Below, in pieces: positions 37,057-50,780 of a stretch of DNA of 64,000 bases; positions within the stretch are counted from its first letter, which is position 1, and each line of letters begins with the position of its first letter. The position numbers and the translations under genes were made by a program. Source of the DNA: Mobula hypostoma (Eukaryota); the NCBI RefSeq assembly GCF_963921235.1, contig NC_086097.1, positions 74,030,001 through 74,094,000 on the forward strand, written 5' to 3'. The notes beneath the pieces are model-generated. The model made no database searches and was not told where the DNA came from. It saw only the letters and a program-made list of their open reading frames with translations.

Positions 37057-39204
37057 CCAAATTATCCCTGACTCAAAGCACAAGTTCCAAATATGAGCAG
37101 CTAAAGTTGCTGGCAAAGAGCTGGTTAATGGTCAAGGAACAAAACCTATTCACAGGAAATTTTGCAAATGCTGGAAATCTGAAACAGACACAAAATGCTG
37201 GAGGAAATTGCCATTTTATGCATGCCAAACAAAACACTTTCACTGGTGCCCAGCTGCAATGTTCACCTAGCACCCATTTCTACATCCACTCAAATCAAAA
37301 GTTCATTACAAATAGAGCAGTTATAGTCCAAACAGCAGTTAACATGAACAACTTCAGTTCTGAAGGTTTGTTAATGAGTATGAGGATGACTCAGGGACTA
37401 AACTGGCTTTCAGCCCGAGTATCCCCTTAACTTAATCCCTTAAACTCAGAGCTCTTACTTAGGGAACTCTTGTTGACAGATGGTTTGGTGATGATTCACC
37501 AGAGCAATCAGCAAAATATTATTTTCAAATTACTTCTATGAATTAATCTGCTAACATTTTAACTAGTAAAGATATACTAAAAATTTTAATAATATGCTGA
37601 AAATGGCACTTAAAATTTTCAATTTCTATTCTAATATATTTTCACAATAATTCAGCATTGATGTGCTTAGTATCCTGCCCTAACACAATGGTTTATAGCC
37701 TATTTAAGCTGATGTACAAAACAAAAATCTTCATATCCTGAACCTCTTTTGGTATTGTGTAATGATTGCAGAACATGGTTCGGTTGTCTTTTGCTTAATT
37801 ACTGGAAATCCAGACAGGTGAGAAACAAAATCAGGTAATATCTAACTCTTTGCCTTAAGCCAAAAAAAGTAGTAATTTTCTATTTAATTACAATCCAGAA
37901 CTATTTGGGGTCACTGTGACTATTCAACAAAGCAGCCTTTGTCACCAATTCAGTCTGGTATTTTACAATATGAGCTAGTCACAAACAACAGGTTTGTCTA
38001 ACTGAAGCAATGAGTCAGGTCATGACCAATGTTATTTCTGCCAGCTCTCTTTATTAGTAACATTTTTGATTTAAAAACTGTGACTTCAGAATGAAATTTT
38101 GCACTAAGATAACTGCAAAAGCTGTTCAGTGTTAATGTCATCATGTCAGAGAGTTTACAATGCAAACTATATAAATATACAGTGATTCCCAGTTAACTGA
38201 GCCACTGGTTAATCGAGGCAGCTGCTTATTTTGGACAACTCTTAAAAGAACAAAAACTAATCATGAAAATAATCAGGATTCCCTTTGAAACACACACAAA
38301 ATGCTGGAGGAACTCAGCAGGTCAGGCAGCATCGATGAAAATGAGTACAGTTGACATTGCAGACTAAGATTCTTATTCAGGACTGGAAAGAGGGACTTAC
38401 TTTGTTTATTGGGATACTATACTGCTTAATAGGGCAGGAAACTATTGTCAAACAGTTTCTAACTAGTATTAGTCACTTGTATTTACGTGACATTACACCG
38501 TGCTTTGAACAAACAGTTTTAAATAGCATCAGTTGTGTGTGTTTGTCTTCAAAATGCAGTGATTTCTGTCTCTGATAGTTGACAAGAAATAAGCACTCAG
38601 ACAATTTAAAGCTGTTTTGCTCACTGCGGTTTCAAGCATTCAGGTCTGCTGATCCCAGAAACATCTCCGGGATTGAAAATGAAACAATTTCACAACTTCA
38701 ACAAGTTGGGAACTACAAAGAATTTGAAGGTATAAACAATCATCTTGAAGGTTACAATTGAAATTAAGATTTCTTGGATGCAAATGCTGACAGCATTGTA
38801 TGAAGGTAATCCAGATACTAGGTGTCATGCTAATTTTGAAAATTTACAGTTAAAGAACGCGACATGGATAAATTCCTCCGTTGATAAGTACAAAGAACTA
38901 ATACACAGTTTTATAGTGCTGTGGTAGTATTAGTAGTGTTCTAATTTGTTCTACATTTCATTTAAATACATAATTTGTTACTCAGTTTGTCTTTTTTATA
39001 TCTTTTTAACTATTTCTTTCCAATATTTTTATTAGTTTCTACATAGAAGAATACAGAGTACAAGGAAGTATATATAAAAGGTCAAAAAAGATTTTTTAAA
39101 ACTACCAATTATATTATATTTATTCATAATAACAATTTCATTACCCTGTATTCATGTAAGTTAATCAATAGCTATATTGAAATATACTAATTTATATACG
39201 TTTC

Positions 39205-40186
39205 TTCAGAAACTTATACTGGGACCAGACAGCATCCACCAGAATAGAAGGAGAAGTGAGTGAGTATGTGAATATCATGAGAGGAGTCAGGCAAGGTTGT
39301 GTCTTTTCGCCAGACTTATTCAACCTGTATAGTGAAAATATCTTGAGAAGTATCAAAGACATCAAAGGATTCACAACTGGAGGCCATAATATAAATAACA
39401 TCAGATATGCTGATGACATCGTACCAATAGCTGACTCAGAAACAACACTTCAAGAACTACTCACTATAGTGGCAGCAGAAAGTAATCGCAGAGGCCTCTC
39501 AATCAACACCAAGAAGACAGAAAGCATGGTCATCTCCAGAAAGACAAACATCCCACAATATGTGACCAAGATCGGAAATACAAACATCAAACAAGTCAAC
39601 AAATTCAAATATCTTGGCAACCTAATAACAAGTAATGGCAGGTGTGACACAGATATCAAATACAGAATAGCAATGGCGAAAGAAGCTTTCCAGAAAATGA
39701 AGACCATATTAACAGACAGAAAGATGAGCACGTACACTAAAAACGGAATACTGCGTACTAAATTTATTCTATCCTGACTATTGGAAGTGAATGTTGGATC
39801 ATTTCTCCAGCAATGGGAAAGAGATTAGAAGCAGCTGAATTATGGTTCTACGGGAGAATGTTAAAAATATCATGGACCACACACACATCAAATGAAGAAG
39901 TTCTCAGAAGAGCCCAAGCAGTTCGATCACTCAAATCAACAATAAGAGAAAGACAACTCAGATTCCTAGGACACATCATGCGGAAAGATGAACTAGAAAA
40001 ACTCATACTCTCTGGAAAGATTGAGGGGAGTAAACCTAGGGGAAGACCTTGGTTTATGTACATCAAAAGCATAGCTAGGTGGCTACACATCGAAGAAATG
40101 GAAGTCATCCAAAAACCAAAGGATAGGTCTATATGGAAAACCATGGTCACCAAAGTCTGCATTGGATATGGTACCTAGACAGACAG
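39205..40186 (+). mobile_element. RTE LINE 3' half
   Basis: GVRQGCVFSPDLFNLY, NIRYADDIV, FKYLG and RQLRFLGHIMR; (AGAC)n tail. Confidence 0.92.
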
Positions 40187-41375
40187 ATTACAAAAAAAGA
40201 ATCTAACCCCTACCAAGACCGAAGCTGTTTATTAAGGAGAAAAAAAGGTAAAATACCTTCTCATGTAATAATAATTAATAATAGCCAACATCTGAATTTA
40301 AACAACGAATTGAAGGTTTTGAAAGTTTTGAAAATAATTCAGAAAAGGTCCCCACAATGTTTGAAAGTCTTGACGAGATTCAGAAATTGAACAACGAGTC
40401 TTCTCTAAATCTAAGCATGTCATAACGTCGCATAACCATTGAGTATGAGCAGGAGGAAAAACATTTTTCCATTTAAACAAAAGCGCCCTCCTAGCTATAA
40501 GAGAGCTAAAGGCCAAAATATGTAAATCAGATGTCTTCAGCTTGATATCTTGTCCTGCAAGAGAAGGATATTGAATTGTGTAAGGTAAGGGAAACAAGTA
40601 GGGTAGTTATGGAAACTATGACAATTAAAGAAGAGGAAGTACTGGCGCTTTTAAGGAATATAAAAGTGGATAAGTCTCCGGGTCCTGACAGGATATTCCC
40701 TAGGACCTTGAGGGAAGTTAGTGTAGAAATAGCAGGGGATCTGACAGAAATATTTCAAATGTCATTGGAAATGGGGATGGTGCTGGAGGATTGGCGTATT
40801 GCTTATGTGGTTCCATTGCTTAAAAAGGGGTTCTAAGAGTAAACCTAGCAATCATCGGCCTGTAAGTTTGACGTCAGTGGTGGGTAAATTAATGGAAAGT
40901 ATGCTTAGAGATGGTATATATAATTATCTGGATAGACAGGGTCTGATTAGGAACAGTCAACATTGATTTGTACGTGGAAGGTCATGTTTGACAAATCTTA
41001 TTGAATTTTTTGAAGAGGTTACTAGGAAAATTGATGAGAGTAAAGCTGTGAATGTTGTCTATATGGACTTCAGTAAGGCGTTTGACAAGGTTCCACGCGG
41101 AAGGTTACTTAGGAAGGTTCAATCGTTAGGTATTAATATTGAAGTAGTAAAATGGATTCAATAGTAGCTGTATGGGAGATGCCAAAGAGTAGTGGTGGAT
41201 AACTGTTTGTCAGGTTGGAGGCCGGTGACTAGTGGTGTACCTCAGGGATCTGTACTGGGTCCGATGTTGTTTGTCATAAACATTAATGATCTGGATGATG
41301 GGGTGGTAAATTGGACTGGTAAGTATGCAGATGATACTAAGATAGGTGGCGTTGTGGATATTGAAGTAGGTTTTA

Positions 41376-44300
41376 TAGACAATAGACAATAGGTGCAGAA
41401 GTAGACCATTCGGTCCTTCAAGCCTGCACCGCCATTCTGAGATCATGGCTGATCATCTACTATCAATACCCGGTTCCTGCCTTGTCCCCATAACTTATGG
41501 ATCCCCCTATCCATAAGATACCTATCTAGCTCCTTTTTGAAAGCATCCAGAGAATTGGCTTCCACTGCCTTCTGAGGCAGCACGTTCCACACCTCCACAA
41601 CACTCTGGGAGAAGAAGTTCCTCCTCAACTCTGTCCTAAATGACCTACCCCTTATTCTTAAACCATGCCCTCTGGTACTGGACTCTCCCAGCATCTGGAA
41701 CATATTTCCTGTCTCTATCTTGTCCAATCCCTTAATAATTTTATATGTCTCAATCAGATCCCCCCTCAATCTCCTTAATTCCAGCGTGTACAAGCCCAGC
41801 CTCTCTAACCACTCTGCGTAAGACAGTCCGGACATCCCAGGAATTAACCTAGTGAACCTACGCTGCACCTCCTCCACAGCCAGGATGTCCTTTCTTAACC
41901 CTGGAGACAAAAACCGCACACAATACTCCAGGTGTGGTCTCACCAGGGCCCTGTACAAATGCAAAAGGATTTCCTTGCTCTTGTACTCAATTCCCTTTGT
42001 AATAAAGGCCAACATTCCATTAGCCTTCTTCACTGCCTGCTGCACTTGCTCATTCACCTTCAGAGACTGATGAATAAGCACTCCTAGATCTCTTTGTATT
42101 TCTCCCTTACCTAACTCCACACGGTTCAGATAATAACCTGCCTTCCTGTTCTTGCTCCCAAAGTGAATAACCTCACACTTATTCACATTAAACGCCATCT
42201 GCCAAGTTTCTGCCCACTCACCCAGCCTATCCAAGTCACCTTGAATTCTCTTAACATCCTCATCACGTCACACTGCCACCCAGCTTAGTATCATCAGCAA
42301 ACTTGCTGATGTTATTCACAATGCCTTCCTCTAAATCATTGACGTAACTCGTAAACAGCTGTGGTCCCAATACCGAGCCCTGTGGCACCCCACTAGTCAC
42401 GACCTGCCATTCTGAGAAACACCCATTCACTGCTACCCTTTGCTTTCTAGCTGCCAACCAGTTTTCTATCCATTCAACATCCTCCCCGCAATGCCATGAG
42501 CTCTGATTTTACCACCAATCTCCTATGTGGTACCTTATCAAATGCCTTCTGAAAGTCAAGGTACACCACATCCATTGGATCTCCCACGTCTATCTTCCTG
42601 GTTACATCCTCGAAAAACTCCAGTAGATTAGTCAAGCATGATTTGCCCTTGGTAAATCCATGCTGGCTCGGCCCAATCCTATCACTGCTATCAAGATATG
42701 CCGCTATTTCATCTTTAATAATGGACTCTAGCGTCTTCTCCACTACTGATGTTAGGCTAACAGGGCGATAGTTCTGTTTTCTCCCTCCCTCCTTTCTTAA
42801 AAAGTGGGATAACATTAGCCATTCGTCAATCCTCAGGAACTGATCCTGAATCTAAGGAACATTGGAAAATGATCACCAATGCATCCGCAGTTTCCAGAGC
42901 CACCTCCTTTAGTACCCTAGGATGCAGACCATCTGCACCTGGGGATTTGTTAGCCTTCAGTCCCATCAGTCTACTCATCACCGTTTCCTTCCTAATGTCA
43001 ATCTGTTTCAGTTCCTCTGTTACCCTATGTCTTTGGCTCATCCATACATCTGGGAGATTGCTTGTGTCTTCCCTAGTGAAGACAGATCCAAAGTACTTAT
43101 TAAATTCGTCTGCCATTTCTCTGTTTCCCATAACAATTTCTCCCAATTCATTCTTCAAGGGCCCAACATTGTTCTTAACTATCTTCCTTCTCTTCACATA
43201 CCTAAAAAAACTTTTGCTATCCTCCTTTATACTTCTAGCTAGCTTGCGTTCATAACTCATTTTTTCTCCCTGTATTGCCTTTTTAGTTAAGTTCTGTTGC
43301 TCCTTAAAAATTTCCTAATCATCCGTCTTCCCACGCACCTTAGCTCTGTTATACTTCTTTTTTAATGCTATGCTATCTCTGACTTCCTTTGTCAACCACT
43401 GTGGCCACTTTCCCCCCTTTGAATCCTTCCTTCTCCGGGGGATGAACTGATTTTGCACCTTGTGCATTATTCCCAAGAATACCTGCCATTGCTGTTCCAC
43501 TGTCTTTTCTGCTAGAATATCCGACCAGTCAACTTTGGCCAGCTCCTCCCTCATGGTTCCATACTCTCCTTTGTTTAACTGCAATACTGACACTTCTGAT
43601 CTGCCCTTATCCCTCTCAACTTGCAGATAAAAACTTATCATATTATGGTCACTACCTCCTAATGGCTCCTTTATTTCAAGATCACTTATCAAATCCTGTT
43701 CATTGCACAACACTAAATCCAGAATAGCCTTATCCCTGGTCGGCTCTCATACAAGCTGCTCCAAAAATGCATCCCGTAGGCACTCTACAAACTCCCTATC
43801 CTGGGGTCCAGTACCAACCTGATTTTCCCAGTTCACCTGCATGTTGAAATCCCCCATAACTACTGCGACATTTCCTTTGCCACATGCCATTGTTAACTCC
43901 CTATTCAACTTGCACCCAATATCCATGCTACTGTTTGGGGGCCTGTAGATAACACCTATTAGGGTCTTTTTGCCCTTACTGTTCCTCAGTTCTATCCACA
44001 CTGACTCTACTTCTCCTGATTCTATGTCCCCCCTTGCAAGGGACTGAATCTCATTCCTCACCAACAGGACCACCCCACCCCCTCTGCCCACCTTTCTGAC
44101 CCTTCGATAGCACGTATACCCTTGTACATTCAATGCCCAGGTCTGATCCCCCTGCAGCCATGACTCCGTTATCCCAACAACATCATAGTTACCCATTCGC
44201 ACCTGAGCTTCAAGCTCATCCGCCTTATTTCTGACACTTCGTGCATTCAGATATAGAATTTTTAACCCATTTCTCCTCTCTCTTTTAAATCACTGCCTAT

Positions 44301-44642
44301 TGTGCATAACACAGCTCCCCAAACTCTCACCGGGCTATACACCCCTTGAATTTTGTTGTCCTTCTTAAATTTACTTACTCTTTCTGCACATTTAACTCCA
44401 TGCTCCGTCAGACCATCCCTCTGCAGATGTATCCTCCTTATCACTTGTTCCGCCTCACCTTTCTCTACTTCACACTTAATATTCCGAAACCGTGTAGTCC
44501 TCACCTGTCCTTTATACTTCATCTCGCTATCCTCTCTCACATTCTGGATCCCTGCCCCCTGCAAATTTAGTTTAAACCCTCCCAAGCAGCACTTGCAAAC
44601 TTTCCTGCAACAATGTTAGTACCCCTCCAGTTCAGGTGTAAA
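41376..44642 (-). mobile_element. CR1 LINE with near-complete ORF2 (APE endonuclease plus RT) and the end of ORF1
   Basis: YLNARS, YDVVGITESW, GVIYRPP, MGDFN, SDHN, QHGF, VYLDFQKAFDKVPH and KFADDTK; (TATTGTC)n tail. Confidence 0.95.
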
Positions 44643-45396
44643 TTTTTCAAAGCTTGCAGAGAGATTTGAGCCAGTTGGAAGAGTGGGCTGAAAGATGGCA
44701 GATGGAGTTTAATGCTGATAAGTGTGAGGTGCTACATTTTGGTAGGACTTATCAAAATAGGACATACATGGTAAATGGTAGGGTATTGAAGAATCAGAAG
44801 AACAGAGGGATCTAGGAATAATGGTGCATAGTTCCTTTAAGGTGGAATCTCATGTGGATAGGGTGGTGAAAAAAGCTTTTCGTATGCTGGCCTTTATAAA
44901 TCAGAGCATTGAGTATAGGAGTTGGGATGTAATGTTAAAAATATACAAGGCATTGGTGAGGCCAAATTTGGAGTATTGTATACAGTTCTGGTCACTGAAT
45001 TATAGGAAAGATGTCAACAAAATAGAGAGCGTACAGAGAAGATTTACTAGTACGTTACCTGAGTTTCAGCACCTAAGTTACAGAGAAAGGTTGAACAAGT
45101 TAGGTCTTTATTCTTTGGAGCGTAGAAGGTTGAGGGGGGACTTGATAGAGGTATTTAAAATTATGAGGGGGATAAATAGAGTTGACGTGGATAGGCTTTT
45201 TCCATTGAGAGTAGGGGAGATTCAAACAAGAGGACATGAGGGAAAAGTTTAGGGGTAACAGGAGGGAGAACTTTTTTACTCGGAGAGTAGTAGCTGTGTG
45301 GAATGAACTTCCAGTAGAAGTGGTAGAGGCAGGTTTGATTTTGTCATTTAAAAAAAAATTGGATAGGTATATGGACAGGGAAGGAATGGAGGGTTA

Positions 45397-45800
45397 GAAA
45401 CCATAGAAACCATAGAAGCTACAGCACAGAAACCGGCCTTTTGGCCCTTCTTGGCTGTGCCGAACCATTTTCTGCCTAGTCCCACTGATCTGCACACGGA
45501 CCATATCCCTCCATACACCTCCCATCCATGTATCTGTCCAATTTATTCTTAAATGTTAAAAAAGAACCCGCATTTACCACCTTGTCTGGCAGCTCATTCC
45601 ATACTCCCACCACTCTCTGTGTGAAGAAGCCCCCCCCTAATGTTCCCTTTAAACTTTTCCCCCCTCACCCTTAACCCATGTCCTCTGGTTTTTTTCTCCC
45701 CTTGCCTCAGTGGAAAAAGCCTGTTTGCATTCACTCTATCTATACCCATCATAATTTTATATACCTCTATCAAATCTCCCCTCATTCTTCTACGCTCCAG
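45397..45800 (-). mobile_element. CR1 3' end nested in CR1
   Basis: MRGDLIEVYKIM...TRGHG; (TTCTATGG)n-type tail; GGTTA at both junctions. Confidence 0.88.
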
Positions 45801-48800
45801 GTTATGGGCTGAGTGCAGGTAGATGGGACTAGGTGAGAGTAAGCGTTCGGCATGGACTAGAAGTTTCCGTGCTGTAATTGTTATATGTTATATAAGTTCT
45901 TATCTGAGCTTATAGGAAATGTGCATAATTGAGATCTTAGAATGTCTCTGATTTGTAGATATCTAAAAAAAGTGAGTTTTGGGTAAGCTATATTTAGCTG
46001 GCAATTTCTCAGATGAAAAAAGATTTCCTCCAACAAACAGATCTCAAAAACATTTAATACCCAACCTGTCCCATTCTTTAAAAAACTAAAATTCTATGAA
46101 ACTTCGGCTCATTGGGGCAACTGCTTAATTGAGCCAAAATGTACTTGTCTCAATATGTCCAAATCAACAGGAATCCACTGTATTTTATATCTACAGAGTT
46201 TCAAAGCAATTATGAACTCAGTTAACATAAAGAGAAATTGAGGTATGACACAAGTAATCAATCAGAGATTTCATCAATTGCTTGAATGTCATTTATGGAC
46301 ATAACATGAGCATCAGATCCATAATCTTTCCGTTAACCTTATTTCCCCATGACTCTAACTTGTGTGAGAAATTCCGTGGAACGGCTGTAACTCAACTCTT
46401 TTCATAAATGAAGTAAACTTTGGAAGATAGATGGAAAGCAGATTAGAGTGAATTGCTGTGGATAGGATTCAGACTGAGATACAAGGTTCTCTTTAGTCAG
46501 GTCTTTATTTATGTATTTTATAGAGACTCAAATTAATGTCAAAGATAGATAGATCAATTCACATGAAGATGGACACAAATAAAAGATCCCATAGTCTATT
46601 GGATTACAAACCGATGAATGATGAAAATAATGCCAAAACAAAGGACTCTAGAAATAGGATGATGCACATTTATTTGCAAATAATCGAGAAACTAGGTTTA
46701 TTTCTTTCTTACAATTTTTCTCCAAAAACTTTCTGTAATCCTTTGTATGATAAAATTGTGCTTCTATTGGATAATGGGAAGTTACTGAACTGAAGTGATC
46801 TATTTTCCAATGTGCATCAATGTAGAAGTGGAAGTCTATTTCTGGACTTAAGCTTGCATTCTCATTTGATAACAATGAATAAAATTGCAGATGCTGGGAT
46901 CTTTTATTTCTTCTTAACAATAGACTATGGAATCACATCAATGATCTCAGATCTCATTCGATGGTTAAATGCAGAGCAGAAGTCATGAATTCCAGAGGAG
47001 CATATAAGCAGGTTGCCTTTAAGGGTCAACCCCATGGCTGAAAATGTGCCAGGAGAGGTGGAATTCAAACCAGCCTGAAAAACAGAGGGATGCTCCTTTA
47101 CCCAGCATCTTATTGGCATATGTGCAGTCACTGACAAATTAGACTGACAAACTCAGAGAAAGGCTACTGTATCAGAGGCAGATGAGGCAGATCTCAATTG
47201 TTTGTTGCACTGAAACTTGGTTAAATGTGAATACTCCGGACTTAGCCAAATGACTAGGTTTTACAATCTTCAGAATGGATTGAACCACAAACATGCAAGG
47301 AAAAAGGTGGCGTGTCTGATTTTTAGTCAATTCTCATTAGTGCACGGACATTATGGTTAGGTCGACTTCTTGTTTCCTTGACTTACAACACCTAACGATT
47401 AAATGTAGACCATTCTATTTGCCTTGGGAGTTCTCCTCTGTGATCCTGACTGCAGTTTGCATACCACCAGTGGCCAATTACAAGCAAGCACTCGCAAAAC
47501 TGCATGATTTCTGCAAGCAAGAAACAGTCCATCCTTACGCATTTCAAATTGTAGTCAGCGACTTTAACCAGGCCTGTTTGAAAAAAAAACTTGCCCAATT
47601 ATCACCAGCACATAACCTGCTGCACCAGAGGTCCCAATACACCAGACCACTGCTAAGCTATGATAAGGAATGCCTGCTGTTCCTTTCTGAGACTCCATTT
47701 TGGCAACTCAGATCATTTGGCTGTACTCCTACTACCTGCATACAGAGCCTAAAAAGCAAGGCTCCAGAGGTTAAGACAACTATGTGGTGGTTGCAGGAGG
47801 CAGAGGAACAGTTACAGGATTGCCTTGAGTCAGTGGATTGGGCTGTGTTCAAGAACTCATCTGAGCATCTGAATGACAACACCAGGGCTGTAGCAGATGA
47901 GTGTGTCCCCATGAAATCATTCAGGGTTTACTCCAATCTGAAGCCCTGGATGAACAACGAAGAGAGCCAGACCAGAGGCATTCAAGTCTGGAGATCAAGA
48001 ATGTTACAAGAGGTGTAGGTATGATCTCCAGAAAGCCATCTCATGACGAAGTGGAGGTTCCAGACTAGAATGGAATCAACGAGGGATGTTCCACAGCTAT
48101 GGCAGGATGTGAATGCCATAACCTCCTTCAAATTAATCTTACAACACAAGGGACAGCAGAGCTTCACTTCCAGAGGAATTCAATGCCTTCTATGCTCACT
48201 TTGACCACAAGACAGGGAGGAATGATCGCACACCTCCATGTCACCTGATGAACTTTTGTTCTCAGTATCTGTAGATGACGTGTGGGCTGCCTTCAAGAGA
48301 GTGAATCCAAGGAAAGCATCCGGTCCAACCGAGTACCTGACTGAGTACTGAAGAACTGTGACGACCAGCTGGCTGCTGTGTTCACGGATATCTTCAGCCT
48401 CTCGCTTTGGCAGTGTGTGGTACCCACCTGCTTCAAGCAGGCTTCAATTGTACCTCTGCCCAAGAAGAGAGTGGTGACCTGCCTCAATGACCATCGTCTA
48501 GTGGCACTTATATCTGCAGTGATAAAGTGTGAAGTGTTTTGAGAGGCTGGTGTTGAAGCATATCTGCTCCTGTCTGAGTGGCGACTTGGATCCAATCCAC
48601 TTTGCCTGCTGAAGCAACAGGTCTACAGTGGGTGCCATTTCACTGGCTCTTCACACAACCCTGGAACATCTGGACAGCAAAGATGCATACATCAGGATGC
48701 TCTTTATCAATTACAGCTCAGCATTTAATACCATCATCTCCTCAAAACTAATCAGTAAACACCAAAACCTGGGCTTTAATACTCACTGGTACAATTGGAT

Positions 48801-49237
48801 TTTGGATTTCCTCACTTATAGACCCCAGTCAGTTGGATTGGCAAAAACACCTCCTCCACAATCTTTGTCAGCACAGGAGCACCACAGAGATGTGGGCTTA
48901 GCCCCCTGCTATACTCACTTTACACCTATGACTGTGTAGCTGAGTACAGCTCCAACACTATGTACAAGTTTGCTGATGACTCCACTGTTGTGGGCAGTGT
49001 CAAAGGTGGTGATGAGTCAGCATATAGGACGAAGGTTGAAAATTTGACTGAGTGGTGTCATAACATCCTCTCACTCAATGTCAAAAAGACCAAGAAGCTG
49101 ATTGTACACTTCTGGAAAAGGGTACCAGTAGTCCATGAGCCAGTAATTATCAGAAGGTCGGAGGTGGAGAGGGTCACTAATTCCTGGCTGTCACTATCTC
49201 AGAGAACCTGTCCTGGACCCATCATATAAATATATTG

Positions 49238-49606
49238 CAACACACATAAAAATTGCAGGTGAACACACCACGCCAGGCAGCATCTATAGGAAGAGGTACA
49301 GTCGACGTTTCGGGCCAAAACCCTTTGTCAGGACTAACTGAAAGAAGAGATAGTAAGATATTTGAAAGTGGGAGGGGGAGGGGGAGATCCGAAATGATAA
49401 GAGAAGACAGGAGGGGGAGGGATGTCCCCCTCCCCCTTTCAAATCTCTTACTATCTCTTCTTTCAGTTAGTCCTGACGAAGGGTCTTGGCCCGAAACGTC
49501 GACTAGTCCTCTTCCTATAGATACTGCCTGGCCTGCTGCGTTCACCAGCAATTTTTATGTATGTTGCCTAAAATTCCAGCATCTGCAGATTTCCTCGTGT
49601 TTGCGT
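49238..49606. mobile_element. Fold-back Penelope-like mini-element with 14-bp TSD
   Basis: TSD ATATAAATATATTG at 49224-49237 and 49607-49620; inverted arms of about 145 bp. Confidence 0.88.
49468..49505 (+). ncRNA. Minimal type I hammerhead ribozyme, predicted cleavage after GUC at 49500
   Basis: UAGUC-CUGACGA-AGGGUCUUGGCCC-GAAA-CG-UC/GACUA: intact core, 5-bp stem I, GGGU/GCCC stem II. Confidence 0.8.
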
Positions 49607-49819
49607 ATATAAATATATTGTCAAATAAAACATAACAGTGGTCTATTTCCTCAGGTGTCTGCGGAGAGTCAGCATGTCATCAAAAACCTTGGCAAACCTT
49701 TAGAGATTTGTGGTGGAAAGTTTCCATACGGCCTGGTATGCCCACAGGAAAAAGAATCTCAGGGTTGTATTTGGTGACATGTATGTACTCTGGTAATAAA
49801 TTTTACTTTGGACTTAGAT

Positions 49820-50100
49820 CTGAAATGAAAGCTGAAAACATTGGGAACACTCAGCAAATTGAGTGGCATCAGTGGAAAAAGAAACAAAGCAAACCATTTG
49901 GGTTGAAGACCCTATGTCAGAATGGGGAAGACAGTTTTAAAAGATTTAAATCGTCGTGAGACTAATGCGAAGAACTAACTTCCTTTCTCCATTTATCAGT
50001 TTCGATGGAAGTTCTTCAACATGAAATGTTAATTCTGCTTCTCCTTCCATTGGTAAAGTCTGACCTGCTGAGCGTTTCCATCAGTTTACTTTTAATTTTC
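49820..50100. mobile_element. Older, degenerate fold-back Penelope-like remnant
   Basis: Decayed inverted arms (ACTCAGCA...GCATC and GACCTGCTGAGC) with eroded ribozyme cores. Confidence 0.5.
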
Positions 50101-50239
50101 TCATCTTGAAAAAATGTGAAACTATTTCTTAGATTATTCATTCCTGTAAACTTTAGATTCAAAATATAATCTCTGTAGTGGAGTAATATAGTTTGTGTCG
50201 CATAAATTATAGCTGTTCAGCCCACAAATGCTATGTGTT

Positions 50240-50780
50240 TCCATCACCTTCTTTGCCAGCGAAGTCCTGATTTTAAGCATACTATGTAAATAAATACTTT
50301 GAAACTCCTTCTCACTTTAAACCTAAACCAATGCCCTTTTGTTTTGGTAACCTTGCAACATGAAAAAGATCCTGACTACCCACCCTCTCCTTATATACAT
50401 CTATCAGGTCACCCCTCTGATTTGTTTTGTCTGGGAAAGCAGACCCAACCTATTCGAACTCTCACCATAACTGAAGTCTTCAATCCACACAGCATTTTGG
50501 TGAACATCCTCTGCACTTTCTCCAAGATAACCACATGTTACTCCAGATATTAAACCAGAACTTCACTCAATGCCCGAAGTTTTTTAAAGTTGCGACAAAA
50601 CATCCTGACCTCTGACAGCAAGCACACCATATATCTCCTTCACCACCCATTTACCTGTTTTGTCACTTTCAGAGAACTCTAGACTTGAACGCCAAGATTC
50701 CTTGTTTATCAACATTCCTTAGTTCCCTGCCAATTAAGCTGATGACCTAAACCTATGCGAGTTCCCATAATGCATTATCT
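50240..50780 (-). mobile_element. Degenerate CR1 fragment
   Basis: The minus strand gives decayed LGVQV, VQRMFTKML and RGDL motifs. Confidence 0.6.

Larger units (their letters stand above)
40576..45890 (+). mobile_element. CR1 LINE in three pieces (40576-41375, 44643-45396, 45800-45890)
   Basis: [26 protein letters not shown] and LVRPNLEYC. The sequence GAAGTAGGTTTT resumes as TTTTCAAAGCTTG after the insert. Confidence 0.92.
39015..46085 (-). mobile_element. L1-clade LINE 3' portion in three pieces (about 39015-39205, 40187-40575, 45893-46085)
   Basis: ORF2 C-terminus LAFSSLIARRALLFKWK...FQTLWGPF and KYSLPKTHFFRYLQIRD; AATAAA on minus near 39030. Confidence 0.8.
38180..46180. mobile_element. 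Tigger/pogo-like non-autonomous element split by about 7 kb of nested insertions (own sequence about 38180-39015 and 46085-46180)
   Basis: TA-flanked imperfect TIRs TA|CAGTGATTCCCAGTT and AACAGGAATCCACTG|TA; the subterminal GGCAGCTGCTTA motif occurs in both halves. Confidence 0.65.
47140..49815 (+). mobile_element. Degenerate Rex1/Babar LINE (EN plus RT)
   Basis: [48 protein letters not shown] and LNVKKTK. Confidence 0.9.

Noticed and set aside
36726..37430. 234-aa ORF, a long frame without TE protein motifs
   Set aside because: Non-ATG start; it spans Rex1 and Penelope remnants and a tandem duplication, with no recognisable domain.
49222..49612. Mirror-image ORFs on both strands (also 59844-60096)
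   Set aside because: A by-product of the inverted repeat, not genes.
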